Positions 1 through 12,959 are shown, numbered from the stretch's first letter. The stretch is DNA of 64,000 nucleotides from an uncultured bacterium (GCA_937862565.1 CALMFT010000032.1:3175-67174), one strand, 5' to 3'. A program made the numbers and translations. The notes: generated by a model not told the origin, from the letters alone.

Positions 1-120
1 TTCATAACATCCGGTAAGTTCCACATTTGAACTTGCAGATGCAGAGCTAGGAAGTAAAAGAATTCATAATCAGAAGACTGTTAATGCGCTAGCGATATAC
101 GTTTTGTTTGTAAATTTCAT
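1..120 (-). CDS. secreted/membrane protein, N-terminal fragment (gene runs off the left edge)
   Basis: ATG at 120-118. MKFTNKTYIASALTVF[TGA]L[TGA]ILLLPSSASA looks like a signal peptide when TGA is read as Gly. Confidence 0.4.
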
Positions 121-270
121 AATAAACTACTAATAATTTAAATATTTTTAGTCTAGTATAAAAGTAACTATTTGGAAGTTCATTGCAAATTTGGAGGAAA
201 TTGCAGTCAGAAAGGTGAGAAGAATAGATTTTCGCTTTTTTTCCGTCTTCAAATTATTACTACATAGAAT

Positions 271-2418
271 ATGTTGAATGAAAAATATAACTATTGTTTT
301 CTAGATTTTGAAACTACTTGATTGAGTCACGAAAGAGATGATATTATCCAAGTAGGTTTGATCATTAGCAATCATCAATTGCAAATCCAAGAACATTTCA
401 CGAGCTTTATCAATCCTGGTTATGAAATTGAGAAGTTGAAGACTATTGTTTCCTATACCACAGGAATTACTACGGATCAAATTCAGTCAGGTATAAGTAT
501 TGAAGATTTCAAAAATCAGTTTATTTCTATTACTTCAAAGTTTGAAAAACCTCTCGTGTTTATTGGTCACAATGTAAACTTTGATATCAAATTTCTCAAT
601 AAGTACTTCAATGAAGATTCTACAAATTTTGGAGAGCTTTTCATAGATACTATGGAGCGATCTAAAGTTTTTATTCATTATCCGCCTAGTTTTAGTTTGG
701 ATATTCTCTATCCATTGGTAAGAGAACAGATGGGTGCGGGATATTTTCAATCTTTATCAAAAAAAGTAGATCTTGAAGATATTCAGAATCATGATGCTTT
801 ATCGGATTGCCTGATTTGTATAGGTATTATACAATATTGCCTGACTAAAATTCATTCTGTAACTGCAAGTTTTCCAATTGCTTCCAAGATTCTTGCTAAA
901 GCAGATATGTGGTTCTTAAGCCAAGAACATTATAAGAATGTTAGTACAAGTTCTGAAAAAGTTCCTCTTCTAGATTTTCCTAAAAAGCCACAATCTACCA
1001 ATATTGTAGATACGGAAGGAGATTTTGATAAATTTGCAAATGGCGCTAAACTCTATTATGGTAATCTTCCTCTCGAGCAAGTTATCAGAAAATCAACAGC
1101 TCTCGGGAAAACGATTATCTGTACCAACTCCAATCAAAAGCTCAATATTATAAAAACAAAGGCAAAAATAATGGGATTGCATGATATTAGTTTTATGAAA
1201 GAACAACAACAAGTAGATAAAAATAAACTGAATAAGGTATTTAGCAAGGAGAAGCTGGAACTTACTGAAGTATGGTTTTTCATCAAATATTGTTCTCACA
1301 AACTGCAAGGATTGGGCTTATTGGATCTCAATACGCCTATGGATTATAAGATATACAACTATATTAGAGAGGATGTTAAAACCTCAAAATCTTCATTGAT
1401 TTTAGCGACTCATGCTGCTTTGTTTTCTCTTTTGGAATCATGAGAGTATGCAGATTATAAAATATTATTCTTGGATTATGAACGACGATATACTTCTTAT
1501 ATCAAATATAAAAGTACTGCTTGGGATCCGGTTAATTTTGCAAGAGTATTGGATAACTATCTTTATAAATTTACACACGATGAAGAGAATGAAAAAAGAG
1601 AATTCATTCAAGTGCTGGTAAGTAAGGTAGACATGTTCTGCTCATTTTTATTCATGGAGACGAGTAAATATATTATTAATGTAAAACAAGATGGGCAGGG
1701 GAAGCATGATTTGTGAGTAATAGAAGGAAAAAATGAATTTTCTAAATCTCTGAGTCTGTATGAATCAATTGGAATTTTATTTGAAGAGAAAAAAGAGATT
1801 CTTTCTCCAGAAGATAGCCTGATTATTCACAATCAAATTGAAAAGATAAAACTTACTATCGAAAATATTAGCTATGCTAGACTCAACTCTTATTCAGAAT
1901 ATATTCAATATACCTACGCACTCAGTAATAACTACGTAGATTATAGTGAGTTTATGCATCTATTTAAAGATCGTCATTATTACTTCCTTTCCAATCGGAA
2001 TACTACTTTTGAAATATTGGAAGAAAAATTAGATTCTATACACTGAGAAAACAGATCTGATGTTGTTGAAATAGAGAAAGTGGAAGAACTTGATAGTTTG
2101 AAAATCCAAGATACTGTGTTTATTCTCAATAATAATCCCACCAAAGCAAAGAAGATATTTGAGCATCTGCAAGGAGAACAAACATCCAAAACTCATAAAA
2201 TCCTTGTAGAGAATGTTACAGGCGGAAGAGGCAAAAATATCAGTATGGTTAAAAGAAATAATCAGTGGATATTGGTAGGGGGTTATGATCTGATTCTGCA
2301 ATGTATCCATGAGAGAATATATCCTCAGAAGATTGTGATATTTGAAACTCTGGGTCTATTACACCAACAAATTATTAGTGATATCACCTATCGAATGAAA
2401 CAAGGAGTTCACAATTAA
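271..2418 (+). CDS. DnaQ-like 3'-5' exonuclease domain fused to a DinG-like C-terminal region
   Basis: Track pieces 322-1443, 1471-1716 and 2080-2418 share one frame and join through in-frame TGA. The N-terminus FLDFETT[TGA]LSHERDDIIQVG matches the DEDD ExoI motif DxETTGL, and HDALSD is ExoIII-like. The C-terminal ~450 aa are only weakly helicase-like. Stop TAA at 2416. Confidence 0.55.
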
Positions 2419-2498
2419 TAGTATTTGATTTTTTATCTAGGATGCTTATTATGCCTAATAATTAATCTCTCATCAGTTTATATTTCATATTCCTCACC

Positions 2499-3392
2499 AT
2501 GAAGCTTCAAATAGATATTCCTCAAAGATATGCAAAACAAAGAGCACATACTGCTACTCATATTTTACATAGTGAATTAGCGAGTATTTTTCCTCAAACA
2601 AAACAAGCTGGATCACTCGTGGATGAAGATATGCTAAGATTTGATTTTTACGCAGATAGATTATTGGATGAAGATGAAATAAGCAGAATAGAACAACATA
2701 TCAATGCAGTAATTTATGAAGGACATGAAGTAGTGGTGCAAGAAATGAAAAAAACTGATGCTGAAAATCTAGGAGCAAAGATGTTTTTTGAAGATAAATA
2801 CGGAGACATAGTAAGAGTAGTACAGATCAAAGATTATAAAAGTATTGAATTGTGTGGGGGAACACACGTGGCTAATACCAAAGAAATCTGATCATGTATT
2901 ATAATCTGACAACAGGCGGTGGCAAGTGGTATCAAAAGAATCACAGCATATACAGGGCCAAAATGCTTACTCGCACTTCAAGAAAAAAATGCAGTACTCA
3001 AACTTGTAGCAGACAAACTCTCATGTAAGGTTCCTCAGATTGAGGAAAGAATTGAAAAAACTCTCAAGGAACTCAAAGATAGTAAAATCGCCATTGGCAT
3101 GATTCAAGATAATTTAATAGGAGGTTTAAAATTTGAAAAAATAACTAAAGATAATATCTCATACAATCACTGTATTATAGATTCTGATACACTTTTCGGA
3201 ATCTTCTTGAGTCCAAGTATCCTTACAGAAGCACTCAACAAATCGAAAGCTGATCGACCAGAAAACTATGTCTTCCAGTTTGATCAAGGATTCTTGATTT
3301 ATTCTAACCCAGGACAAGCAAAGCTTTTGATGCAAGCTTTCGGATGGAAGGGTGGTGGTAATGAGCAACTCTGCCAAGGTAAGATCTCATAA
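2499..3392 (+). CDS. stand-alone alanyl-tRNA editing protein (AlaX-L-like: editing plus C-Ala-like domains)
   Basis: HTATHILH and CGGTHV are the HxxxH/CxxxH zinc motifs of the AlaRS/AlaX editing domain. Pieces 2499-2891 and 2919-3392 are in the same frame, joined through TGA at 2889. No aminoacylation domain lies upstream. Confidence 0.65.
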
Positions 3393-3630
3393 AGTACAAA
3401 ATGTAAAGTTTATTATAGCTTGAAAACAATATTTACATAAGTATGGTTAAGATACTTCAGGTTTGGTGAGCCCTTTATAAATCCTAACACTTTTTGTAGG
3501 AGTTGGATAATATTTCTACGCAAGTAGGGAACAATACTCCATTATTACATTCTTAGGTTATTTGTACTTGGTTCCACGGATTTGGGGTTTTTTTTATTGA
3601 TAGTGAATTTTAAATAGTTACTAAGATAAT

Positions 3631-4584
3631 ATGATTAAGAAAATACTCATCCATTCCTATCTTCAGATTATTAATAATGGTAGATTAACAAAACTTATCT
3701 TGTTCACTCTTTTTGCACATAGTTTTATTTTTGTACTCACGATTCTTTACAATGTTTATTTTTACGTGGAGAATGAATTTACGCTCAACACATCAAGTGA
3801 GGTTATCAACTATATTTTCAATTTATTAAACTTTGATAACATAGGTATTACAGCTGTAATCGTGTTGATAGTTCTTTTCCTATGATACTTTGTAATTGGT
3901 CCGATTGGTGAGTGCGCTATTGTACATTATCTTCATCACAAACATAAACTTTCTCAGTCTCTGGCATTTGGATTCAATAACTTCCATCATGTTGCAAAAT
4001 TTGAAGGAATGACTTTTGTTTTCAATATTGTGATGTTTTTAAATATCTTGAGTAAAGTTTTTATCTATGAAATGGATAATAGCTTCGTATTGAGCCTTAT
4101 GTTTCTATGGTTTTTGATGGTAGTTTTTGTGACTTTCTTCTTTCAGTATACCAAGACCATCATTCTTATAGAAGAAATTCCTGTGTTTGATGCTATAAAA
4201 AAATCTATGCGTTTGAGCGTAGAAAATATTTGAACAACTGTAAAGCTAGTAGGTATTAGTTTGATTTTCAGTATGAGGCTGATTTTTAATATTCTATTTA
4301 TAGTCTGAATTCCGCTCGCTGCAATCTTCTTATTGCAAATGTTTAATATAGTGGGGTGATTCGCCGATGGTTTGGTCTACTTTATCTTCTTTAGTTTACT
4401 GCTTTTCCTAGCATACGTGAATACACTTATTGAATGATATTTCAGAGTATTTTGGTACCTTGCGTATCAGTATATTATGGGCAATGAAGATCAGCTCCAC
4501 AAACTTGGGCTGTATAATTCTCCATCGGGAGGTTTATTTGACGATCAAGATCTAGAACAAGCTCAGGAAAAAGATTTTAACTAA
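3631..4584 (+). CDS. integral membrane protein, unknown function
   Basis: Pieces 3631-3885 and 4009-4233 plus downstream sequence share a frame through several TGA codons. Multiple hydrophobic segments. Stop TAA at 4582. Confidence 0.5.
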
Positions 4585-4597
4585 ATTTTATGGCCCA

Positions 4598-5413
4598 CTA
4601 ACTTTTAAATCCATATCTTGAATCAAAATTTTCTTTGTGAGTCATTCTATCTCCAAAATTTTGTATAATATCCGAAAGTTTATTTTTGATACTATGTGAC
4701 TTTTCATTGTGTTTATCAAAGTTTCCAATAGCTTCTTGCCGTCATGTTTTAGCAAAACTAGCATATGCTTTTATCATCGTGTATGAGTTTTTTTGCCAAA
4801 GATATACAAAATTTTCAGAACCAAATAAATTATCAAGTTCCGTTTTATAGATATCTAAATAATTTCGGCTAACCTTTTTGTTGCCAGTTCTTTGCATGAT
4901 AAGTTCTCCAGCTTTAATTCCTTTCAATAGATGCGCTCCAACGTGCTTATCTTTTTCTAATAAATTTTTTAAAGAGTCATAAAAGGTGCTATTATTGAGA
5001 GTTGTGTTAAATAAATCCTCTGTTCGTGTAGAGCAAGAAAATATCTGTTTGTAATCATCCATTACGTATAATAGTGTTTCTTGTAGCTGTTTTTTTACTT
5101 CTTTAATATTTATATTATTTTTCAGAGTTGGTGTGGTGTTTATTACTTTTATCAATGATTCCGTGTGAGCTTTACAACCCAATAAAGTAAACATATAGAG
5201 TAAAGAATTTTCCTTAAATTGTGAATGAGGGAGAATAAATTCTTCATCTTCATTGATATCATATATCTTTTGATAAGCTATTTTTTCGTAAGCTGAAACA
5301 ACTGATTGCGCTCTTACTACTAATTCTTTACCAAAAAAGCTTAGTTTATCTGCAGCAACTTTGTCCACTAGTCAGTAGGGGGATTTAAATATATTATTTG
5401 GCTTTCAATTCAT
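4598..5413 (-). CDS. hypothetical protein
   Basis: Track ORF 4742-5368 extends through TGA at 4742 to TAG at 4598 and upstream to ATG at 5413. I recognise no motif. Confidence 0.45.
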
Positions 5414-5507
5414 TTTGCTTTTATACGATTATAAAGTCAATATTTTATAGGAAAAAAATATCATTTTGCAATGATATCTTTAGGAAAATAATACAATTTA
5501 AAGGAGT

Positions 5508-6884
5508 CTAATCTTTCTTTGGTGCCGAGTATCCAAGCCACAATCCGTAAAATAACATCAATGGTCGGATTACCATTTTGTCAGCCAATGAATGCAGTAC
5601 TAATCCACATATAGCGAGAGCAAGAAGTCAGATATTGCAAGATAAGAGAACAAGTCTTTGGTTATCTCGGTGTAGTACTTGAGTATCTTGGAAATATGTT
5701 CTTGCTTTATTCCAGCCTCCACGAATGAATCCATTAACAGTAAGATAAACATAACCCACTAATCGTGCAAGGAAACCAAAAATACCATATTCTATCCATA
5801 TTTGAAGGTACTGATTTTCAGGGTTGAAACCAATTCCAAGTTGATGACTTGCTGGTCCAGCCGATCATGCTCCGAGTCATGAGATCCAAGTAGTTTTGAG
5901 GATTTCTAGTGATTCATAGAAAGCATTGATATGCCCAGTATTACTAAAGCTTCTTCCAGACCCAAAGATTTCATAATAAAACTTTCGTCCCACAAGTGCT
6001 CCAAGTCCCACTACAGGAATCAGAATATATTTTAAATATTTTAATGCAAATTTACCATATAGCAATGCTGCCAAAAGTGTCGTTTCTAATATCCATACTC
6101 ACCATGCTGATCTTGAGAATGTAGAGAAGATATTGAGAACGTATAATATTCAGAAAAATATTGCTTCCGATTTTGAAGCTTTTCTCAAATAGAGTAAGAA
6201 GAAGAATGGCCAGAAAGCAATAAGGTAAAAACCGTAGAAGATAGGCCTTTCCCATAAAAATTGATTTCTTGGTGCTCCATGATCCAATGCAGCATAATAT
6301 ACCGCTGGTGGCTTTTCTCCTAGTGCTCATTCATATACGTTCTTATCATAACCAACCAATTTTAAAGCTCATGGGATGCTGCTTATCACAAAATATCGTA
6401 TAAGTCCTATTCATACCAACCATTTTATAATTTGGAGATAGGTTTTAGTAATTTTTTTGATCTCTGCTGCAGGAATTATTTTAGCAATTTGATAGGCTAA
6501 AAGTAGGAGGACAACCCATACAAAGTCATATCTAAAAGCAATGATATAATGACCAAGCGAGCTACTAAATGCACTAGCTATAAGTGTTACTGCGATAATT
6601 ATTCAGAAACCTTTCAGTAAGCGCATGAAGTATGTATCTTTTTTGAGGATTCTTAGCCAGCCTTTGAATCCATAGCTTGCAATGTTATAATATATGACTC
6701 ATATGATAAGTAAAAATATCATAATTTCTTTCCACAATGCTAATACACTAATCCATGGTTTTCCTATTCCTACAACGAACTGCAAGAAATTTATTCCAAT
6801 AAAGTGGATAATGAGACCAAAAATAAGAATACTGACTCCGTAGCTCAGGAATTTTGGTATTTTGTTTAGTAACTTAGTAGACAT
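5508..6884 (-). CDS. O-antigen ligase / Wzy_C-like polytopic membrane protein
   Basis: Pieces 6699-6884 and 5877-6074 share a frame, and I checked the stretch between them codon by codon (only TGA interrupts it). The protein is polytopic, with FSRSAWG and GLGAGSAG motifs typical of the O-antigen ligase family. Stop TAG at 5508. Confidence 0.6.
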
Positions 6885-6909
6885 CCAATACTATTAGTAA
6901 ATTAATAAA

Positions 6910-7572
6910 TTATGAATTTAGATTATTGTCACCTTCTTTTTCATTATTCAGTTTATTCTTGTTTCTCTTCCATATAATCCAGGCTATCAAAGCTATACCT
7001 AATATTACTACTAAGGGAAGCATGATATGTTCATATTCTTTTAGATACTTGGTAATACCTTCCCATCTTTCTCAAAGTCGATAACCAATAACCACCAAAA
7101 ATACAGTCCATACGGCAGTACCACTGAGCGTATACCAAAAAAATAACCAAAAATTCATTCTTGCACTTCATGCTGGTATTCCGATAAATGCCCTTGCGCC
7201 TGGAACAAATCTTCAAAAAAATACGATATGCTTATCATTTTTTTCAAATACTTCATAGAGATCTTCGATATATTCGGGTTTCATAAAAAAATATTTCCCA
7301 TATTTAGCTACAATGGTAGTGAGTTTTTTTTTACTCAAATATCTTCCCAACCAGTAATAAGGCAGATTTCCAAGTGTACTACCTAGAGAACAAACTATGA
7401 TAACCAAGAATAAATTAAGTTTCCCAGTTCCTGCAAGAAATCCTCCAAGTGGCATTATTAATTCACTAGGAATAGGAGGAATAAGATTTTCCAAAAAGGA
7501 TGCGAAAAACAAACCACCGTATCCAAATTGATAAATAAGATCTATAAGCTGATTTCATAACGTCTCAAACAT
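6910..7572 (-). CDS. DedA/SNARE-associated family membrane protein
   Basis: FASFLENLIPPIPSELIMPLGGFLAG ... [TGA]RFVPGARAFIGIPAG is the DedA signature. The piece 7213-7512 extends in both directions through TGA. ATG at 7572, TAA at 6910. Confidence 0.7.
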
Positions 7573-7619
7573 AATATTGTAGGAAAAATGATTAAATTTT
7601 TGGAGAATAAATAATTATA

Positions 7620-8816
7620 TTATATATTTATACATTCTTTGTAAAGAGTTAGAGTAGTGTTTATTTCAACTCACTTATCAAATAATTTTACTCTTTGCGT
7701 TCATGCATTCTTTAACTCTTCTTGTATATCAACATTTTTACTTACTCCTTGAATCAACTCACTCATATTTTCAATACTATTAGGATCAAAATAAAGTGCT
7801 GCACCAGCACCAACTTCGAGAAAAACATTGATATGTGAGCATACTACTGCACATTTTCCAGCCCACGCCTCCAAGATTGGTATCCCAAATCCTTCTGCCA
7901 AACTAGGATATACAAAACAAGCCGCTTTCTCAAATAAGTAATATTTTAATGATTCATCGCCGCTCATTTGGTGAATAAAGTTCTCAATATTTAGCTCCTT
8001 ATGCAGATTCTTTTCACTTTCACTGAAACTTTCATGACCAAGACAAATACACTGTAACTCTTCTCCCAAGAGGGGAGCAACTGCTTGCACAAAAGCTTTA
8101 AAGTTCTTATAATCAGCAGCCCTTTTCCCAATAAAGAGCATAAATTTCTTTATATTGAGCTTCTCAAGCAGATTATCAGTTTCTTGTTTATGAATACTTT
8201 CGTTTTGTAATTGAGAAATATGAGAGATATCTACAGAATGATAGATTACTTTTATCTTATTTTCATCCAGAGTAGGGTAGTATTGCAAGAGATCGCTCTT
8301 TGTTTTTTTGGAAACACATATGATGGAGTTTGCTTTTTCTCATAAGGATTGAATGCCATGTTCAGCATAGTCACACAATTGGAGATTGAGGAAACCAGAT
8401 TTGAGATTTTGAGTCTTATGATTGAGGTCATAGACATTGAATACAAAAGGGATATTCTTCTTCTTAAGGATATCTATGAGATAAGGATCGAACAAGGTAA
8501 TGTGCACAAGATCTACTCCCTCAAGGATTTTATCCACATTATTCAAAAATCTATATTTATTGCACCAAAAAACTAAGTTTTGTCTGCCTTTGAAAGGCGT
8601 ATCTTTAAGAAAAGTCGATACGTTTCTTTTTTCTGATCATAAAATATCTATCCCAGTCTTGAGAGTTTGTAGCAGATAATAGTTGTGAGTTCGCCATACA
8701 GGAACTATTACTTCATGCCCTTCCTGCACAAGATGAGTCATGAGTTCTGTGTAGTATTTGCTCATCCCTCCCATTACCTCAAGAGAAAAAACTTGATGAT
8801 CAAAAAGTATTTTCAT
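7620..8816 (-). CDS. glycosyltransferase family 1 (GT4-type)
   Basis: Pieces 7701-8288, 8340-8546 and 8637-8894 share one frame. MKILFDHQVF...GG(M)SKYY at the N-terminus and YPSLAEGFGIPILEAWAGKCAVV (the E-x7-E region) are typical of GT4. I chose the start MKILF at 8816. Confidence 0.7.
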
Positions 8817-8917
8817 AAGATCTAATAAATAATCTGAATAATGGCTTAAATTACTAGTATTTACTATATAAAATGACATTCCAATTACAATCAAAATTAT
8901 TATACTAAGCTCATATT

Positions 8918-10312
8918 ATGACTTCACAATCTTTAAAAACTACTATTGATTCTTCGGACTCAATTCAATATGCAGTATACTTGCAAGGACTTACAGAAGA
9001 AACAGTAAGAAAGATTTCTTCTGATATTGGAGAACCAGAATGGATGCTGGAACACAGACTCAAATGTCTGGATATTTTTCATGCTAAAGAATTGCCTTCA
9101 CGAGGTCCTGATCTCAGTGGATTAGACTTAAATACTATCGTATACTATGCAAGACCAGAAAAAGGATACACAGGATATACAGATTCTCGAGAGAAAGTAC
9201 CACAAGATATCAAAGATAAATTCGCAAGACTGGGCATTCCTGAGGCTGAAAAGAATTATTTAGCATGAGCGGGAGGTCAGTATGATGCGGAAATGGTCTA
9301 TCATAAACTTAAAGAAAAATATGCCGATCAGGGAGTAATTTTTGATGATATGAGTAATGCTTTGAGAGAACATGGAGAATTGGTACGTAAATATTTTATG
9401 AAGTTGGTTCCTGGTACCGATCATAAGTTTGCTGCTCTTCATGGTGCAGTATGGTCAGGAGGAACTTTCATTTATGTTCCCAAAGGAGTGAAGGTGAGTG
9501 AACCTTTACAGGCATATTTCCGTATGAATATGATGGGCGGTGGGCAATTTGAGCATACTCTGATCATTATTGAGGACGAAGCAAGCTGCGATTACATAGA
9601 AGGATGTAGCGCTCCAAAATATGATAATAAGTCTATTCATGCAGGTTTGGTAGAAATATATGTAGCTAAAAACTCAAGAATGAGATATAGCAGTGTAGAA
9701 AATCGAAGTCTCAATACCTACAATCTCAATACTAAGCGCGCTATCGTGGATGATGATAGTGTTATGGAATGGATTGGGGGAAACATGGGTTCAGGAACTA
9801 CGATGTTGTATCCTTGTACTATTCTCAAATGAGCGAGAAGTAAAGCAGATCATATTGGGGTAGCAGTAGCTGCAGCAGGACAAAATCAGGACGTAGGTTC
9901 CAAAATTATTCATATTGGACCCTATTCTAGCTCTACTATTATTTCTAAGTCTATTTCTAAAGATGGAGGAATAAATACCTATCGTGGCATTGTGGATATC
10001 AAATCTACTGCCATAGGGGCGACCAACAGCACGGAGTGCGATGCTTTACTTATGGATGATCGTAGTATTTCTACTACTATACCAGTGATCAAGGTGAACA
10101 ACACTGACTCTACTGTTGCGCACGAAGCTTCAGCAGGTAAAGTAGATGAGCTCATGATATTTTATCTAATGAGCAGAGGAATTAGTGAGGAAAAGGCGCT
10201 TGCTATGATAGTAAACGGCTTCATTTCTCCGGTTATTAAGAAACTCCCTCTAGAATATGCATGAGAATTAAATAAACTGATTGAAATGGAAATGGAATGA
10301 AGTATAGGTTAG
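8918..10312 (+). CDS. sufB: Fe-S cluster assembly protein SufB
   Basis: Pieces 8918-9268, 9293-9832 and 9992-10264 share one frame. YLA[TGA]AGGQYDAEMVYH, KIIHIGPYSSSTIISKSIS and the C-terminus LIEMEME[TGA]SIG* match the SufB consensus (...MEGSVG). Confidence 0.9.
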
Positions 10313-10341
10313 GAAGCACTTTATATCACTAATATAGCAAT

Positions 10342-11526
10342 TTGGACAACTGTTATGGCTCTCTAGCCCAAAAGAAGCTTGATAAGCAGATCATGAGAAT
10401 CGCTGAAAGATCAGATATTCTCAAATTTCTTGATCCTACAAATAAGTTTGAAGAACTTCAAAAATTTATAGACGCAAAAGGGGATTACAATCCTCAGTTC
10501 ACATACAGTACAGACCATGTAAAAATACTCGAGGAAGTAGGTTTATATATCAACAAACTCAAAGCTAAAACTCTCAAACTCAGGGAAAACAATGAAATCA
10601 AACAACTCATGCTCGACAAGTGCGATGAGATTTTGTGTAAGTTTGATCTTTTACAAGCCTACCACGATCAAGATTATGATGCTATTCTTACTCTCAATAC
10701 TCAACTTTTCGGAACAATAAAAAACTACACTACACTTCCTACAGATTATGCAGCGCTCGAAAAGCGTTTCTGATTATCTTATCAATCATTATTTGAAAAT
10801 ACTGGAATAAACCCTGTAGAGACTTTGAGTCAAAAACAAGTTAAGGAATTAGTGATCTATCATATTCAATCAGTAGGATTTAGTTCCTATAGTATACAAT
10901 TTGGGAACTTTGGTAATACTAACATGCAAGTAAGAATTGGTCCTAAACCTGTAATGTACATCCACAAGAAGGAAACCTACAAAGCCTTTGATGTGTGTGT
11001 GAGTATCTTACATGAAGTATACGGCCATCTTGCTAGATATAAGAATGGAATCAATTCAGACTATCATATCCTCCAATGAGGTACTGCTTATTACCTGAGT
11101 ACGGAAGAAGGATTGGCTGTGTTTCAAGCTGCCAGAGTAGAATGATTTCAGAAAACTCGAGAAAGATTACAAAAATCTTACCAATACTTAGCTCAAACAG
11201 CTGATCATAACTGGAAACAACTTACTCAGATCTATTTTAAGAACGGTCGAACTAATCTGGAAACTATATTTTGGAGTATACTCAGACTCAAAAGAGGTAT
11301 ACAAGATACGAGTATTATCCATCCTGGGACAGTTTTTTACAAGGATAAGGTTTATAGTGATGGATATTATCACATTCTCTCCTATTTTGCCGATCAAGTC
11401 AATAATAATGATTTGAAGTGAAACTCTTCTACTAAGCTCGCTTTGGATGATATTATTATGATCTGAAGGATAAAAGTGGAGGATATCCAAAAAATCCCTT
11501 GTATTTTGGGTGCAAGTCAACTATAA
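10342..11526 (+). CDS. DUF1704 / QEGLA-motif (MATCAP-like) putative metallocarboxypeptidase
   Basis: Pieces 10342-10773 and 10825-11079 plus downstream sequence share a frame. ILHEVYGHLARY (HExxxH) and TEEGLAVF (QEGLA-like motif) are present. The start is uncertain (TTG at 10342 or ATG at 10393). TAA at 11524. Confidence 0.55.
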
Positions 11527-11577
11527 TGCAGTGATGTAATTATATGCATCGTATTTATCCTGTATGATATTACACTC

Positions 11578-11727
<150 letters not shown>

Positions 11728-11773
11728 TCGAGAAATTGTCGCTGAATAATGAGCCATAATATTTTCTATTGTA

Positions 11774-11799
11774 AAACCCAGAGCAATCTGGGTTTTATA
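11774..11799 (+). terminator. rho-independent terminator-like hairpin
   Basis: AAACCCAG-agcaat-CTGGGTTT followed by a T/A-rich tail. Confidence 0.5.
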
Positions 11800-11915
11800 T
11801 TATAGCTAATTACCCTCTTAGCCTATATATGCTGAGTTTACTAAGAATGTGTTGAAATTAACTCCTATTAATATAATAGTAAAAGTATCATCTTCGTTGA
11901 TGTTACTAATTATTG

Positions 11916-11989
11916 CGGGGTAGAGCAGTTCGGTAGCTCGCCGGGCTCATAACCCGGAGGTCAGTGGTTCAAATCCATTCTCCGCAATA
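11916..11989 (+). tRNA. tRNA-Met (CAU), initiator-like
   Basis: The cloverleaf can be drawn by hand. The anticodon loop is CTCATAA on a GGG/CCC anticodon stem. The sequence is close to bacterial tRNA-fMet (GCGGGGT.GAGCAG...GGGCTCATAACCCG...TTCAAATCC). No CCA is encoded. Confidence 0.85.
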
Positions 11990-12020
11990 TTGTAATCTCC
12001 TATTATCTTATATACTATAA

Positions 12021-12046
12021 AACTCGTATCACTTACGAGTTTTTAT
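12021..12046 (+). terminator. rho-independent terminator after tRNA-Met
   Basis: AACTCGTA-tcact-TACGAGTT followed by TTTAT. Confidence 0.6.
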
Positions 12047-12074
12047 ATTGTTTAAATAATTAAATAATCTGATG

Positions 12075-12401
12075 TTAGAGTTTAGTCACCGTATTGAACT
12101 GTATTTCTATATTTTTACCCACTACCAACCCCTCTACAAGCTTTCTAAGTGCCTTTTGTACTATATTTCCCATCAAAGACTTAGATATTCCCATGAGATC
12201 AGCAGCCTCGAGGAGCTGTAGACCATCGACAAACCTCAGTCTCAAAGCCTCAACTTCATCATAATCAAGGCTAATTCTATCATCATGATCAGATCATCCT
12301 TCTATTTTTCGAATATTGAGGAGGGGAGCGCTACTAATATTTCTTGGTTTAGGATTTCTACCTCTACCAGTATAACTTATTTTTTCTTTTATAAATTTCA
12401 T
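12075..12401 (-). CDS. DUF134/UPF0251-family small DNA-binding protein
   Basis: MKFIKEKISYTGRGRNPKPRNISSAPLLNIRKIEG[TGA]SDHDDRISLDYDEVEALRLRFVDGLQLLEAADLMGISKSLMGNIVQKALRKLVEGLVVGKNIEI matches the DUF134 pattern (sigma-70 region-4-like HTH). It is missing from the ORF track because TGA splits it. Confidence 0.6.
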
Positions 12402-12446
12402 AACAGTCACAAATAAAATAAAAATAAATTTTAAATAAAAAATCAT

Positions 12447-12459
12447 CTGATAAAGAGTG
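12447..12459. repeat. left arm of a perfect 13-bp inverted repeat (CTGATAAAGAGTG)
   Basis: Its exact reverse complement lies at 12730-12742, so the arms enclose 270 bp. Confidence 0.8.
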
Positions 12460-12729
12460 TCTGACACATTTATTTATGGAGTATTCCATAAATTAAACAT
12501 ATTATATCATAAATCAAATGATTCGTATTGTGGCGCTAACTATTATATCTCTACTTTGCGCAAGATAGATTATGCAAAGTAGCTTTAATGTTTTAACACG
12601 ATATTTTATAACTCCAGCGATTAGTTTACCCTGCCAATATATGTATTATATGGCTAATAAGCCTTAGTTGGATTTCTTCTTTTAGATATATTTATTCTCA
12701 TTTAAAATACAAAATAAAAATTATTATAC

Positions 12730-12742
12730 CACTCTTTATCAG
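12730..12742. repeat. right arm of the 13-bp inverted repeat (CACTCTTTATCAG)
   Basis: Exact reverse complement of 12447-12459. On the minus strand it abuts an extended -10-like TGgTATAAT. Confidence 0.8.
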
Positions 12743-12959
12743 CTTATATCAGAAACTTATTACTGATAAGATGTCAACTATGTGTCCGGAGAGATAAAGT
12801 GACAGGGGACTACCCTACCATAATTATTGAAAGTGGCTTATAGACAGTGTTTTGTTTGTCTAAGCAGTTGTAATTGTAATTTAATACTCAATTATATGTT
12901 AAGTTAGTGCTTATTAAGCCACTACTACCCTTTCAATATATTACGCATTGTTTTTATTA

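Larger units (their letters stand above)
12402..12959 (-). other. 558-bp non-coding region (long leader or structured RNA candidate) upstream of the DUF134 gene
   Basis: No ORF under either code. It contains several hairpins (CTACTTTGC...GCAAAGTAG at 12553-12584; GTGGCTTA...TAAGCCAC at about 12832-12927) and the 13-bp inverted repeats listed separately. Confidence 0.3.

Noticed and set aside
3393-3630. A 238-bp intergenic region with a CTAC-GCAA-GTAG tetraloop hairpin nested in a GGAGT...ACTCC stem. I considered an SRP, RNase P or riboswitch RNA.
   Set aside because: I could not match any conserved core motif of known RNA families. The evidence is a single small hairpin.
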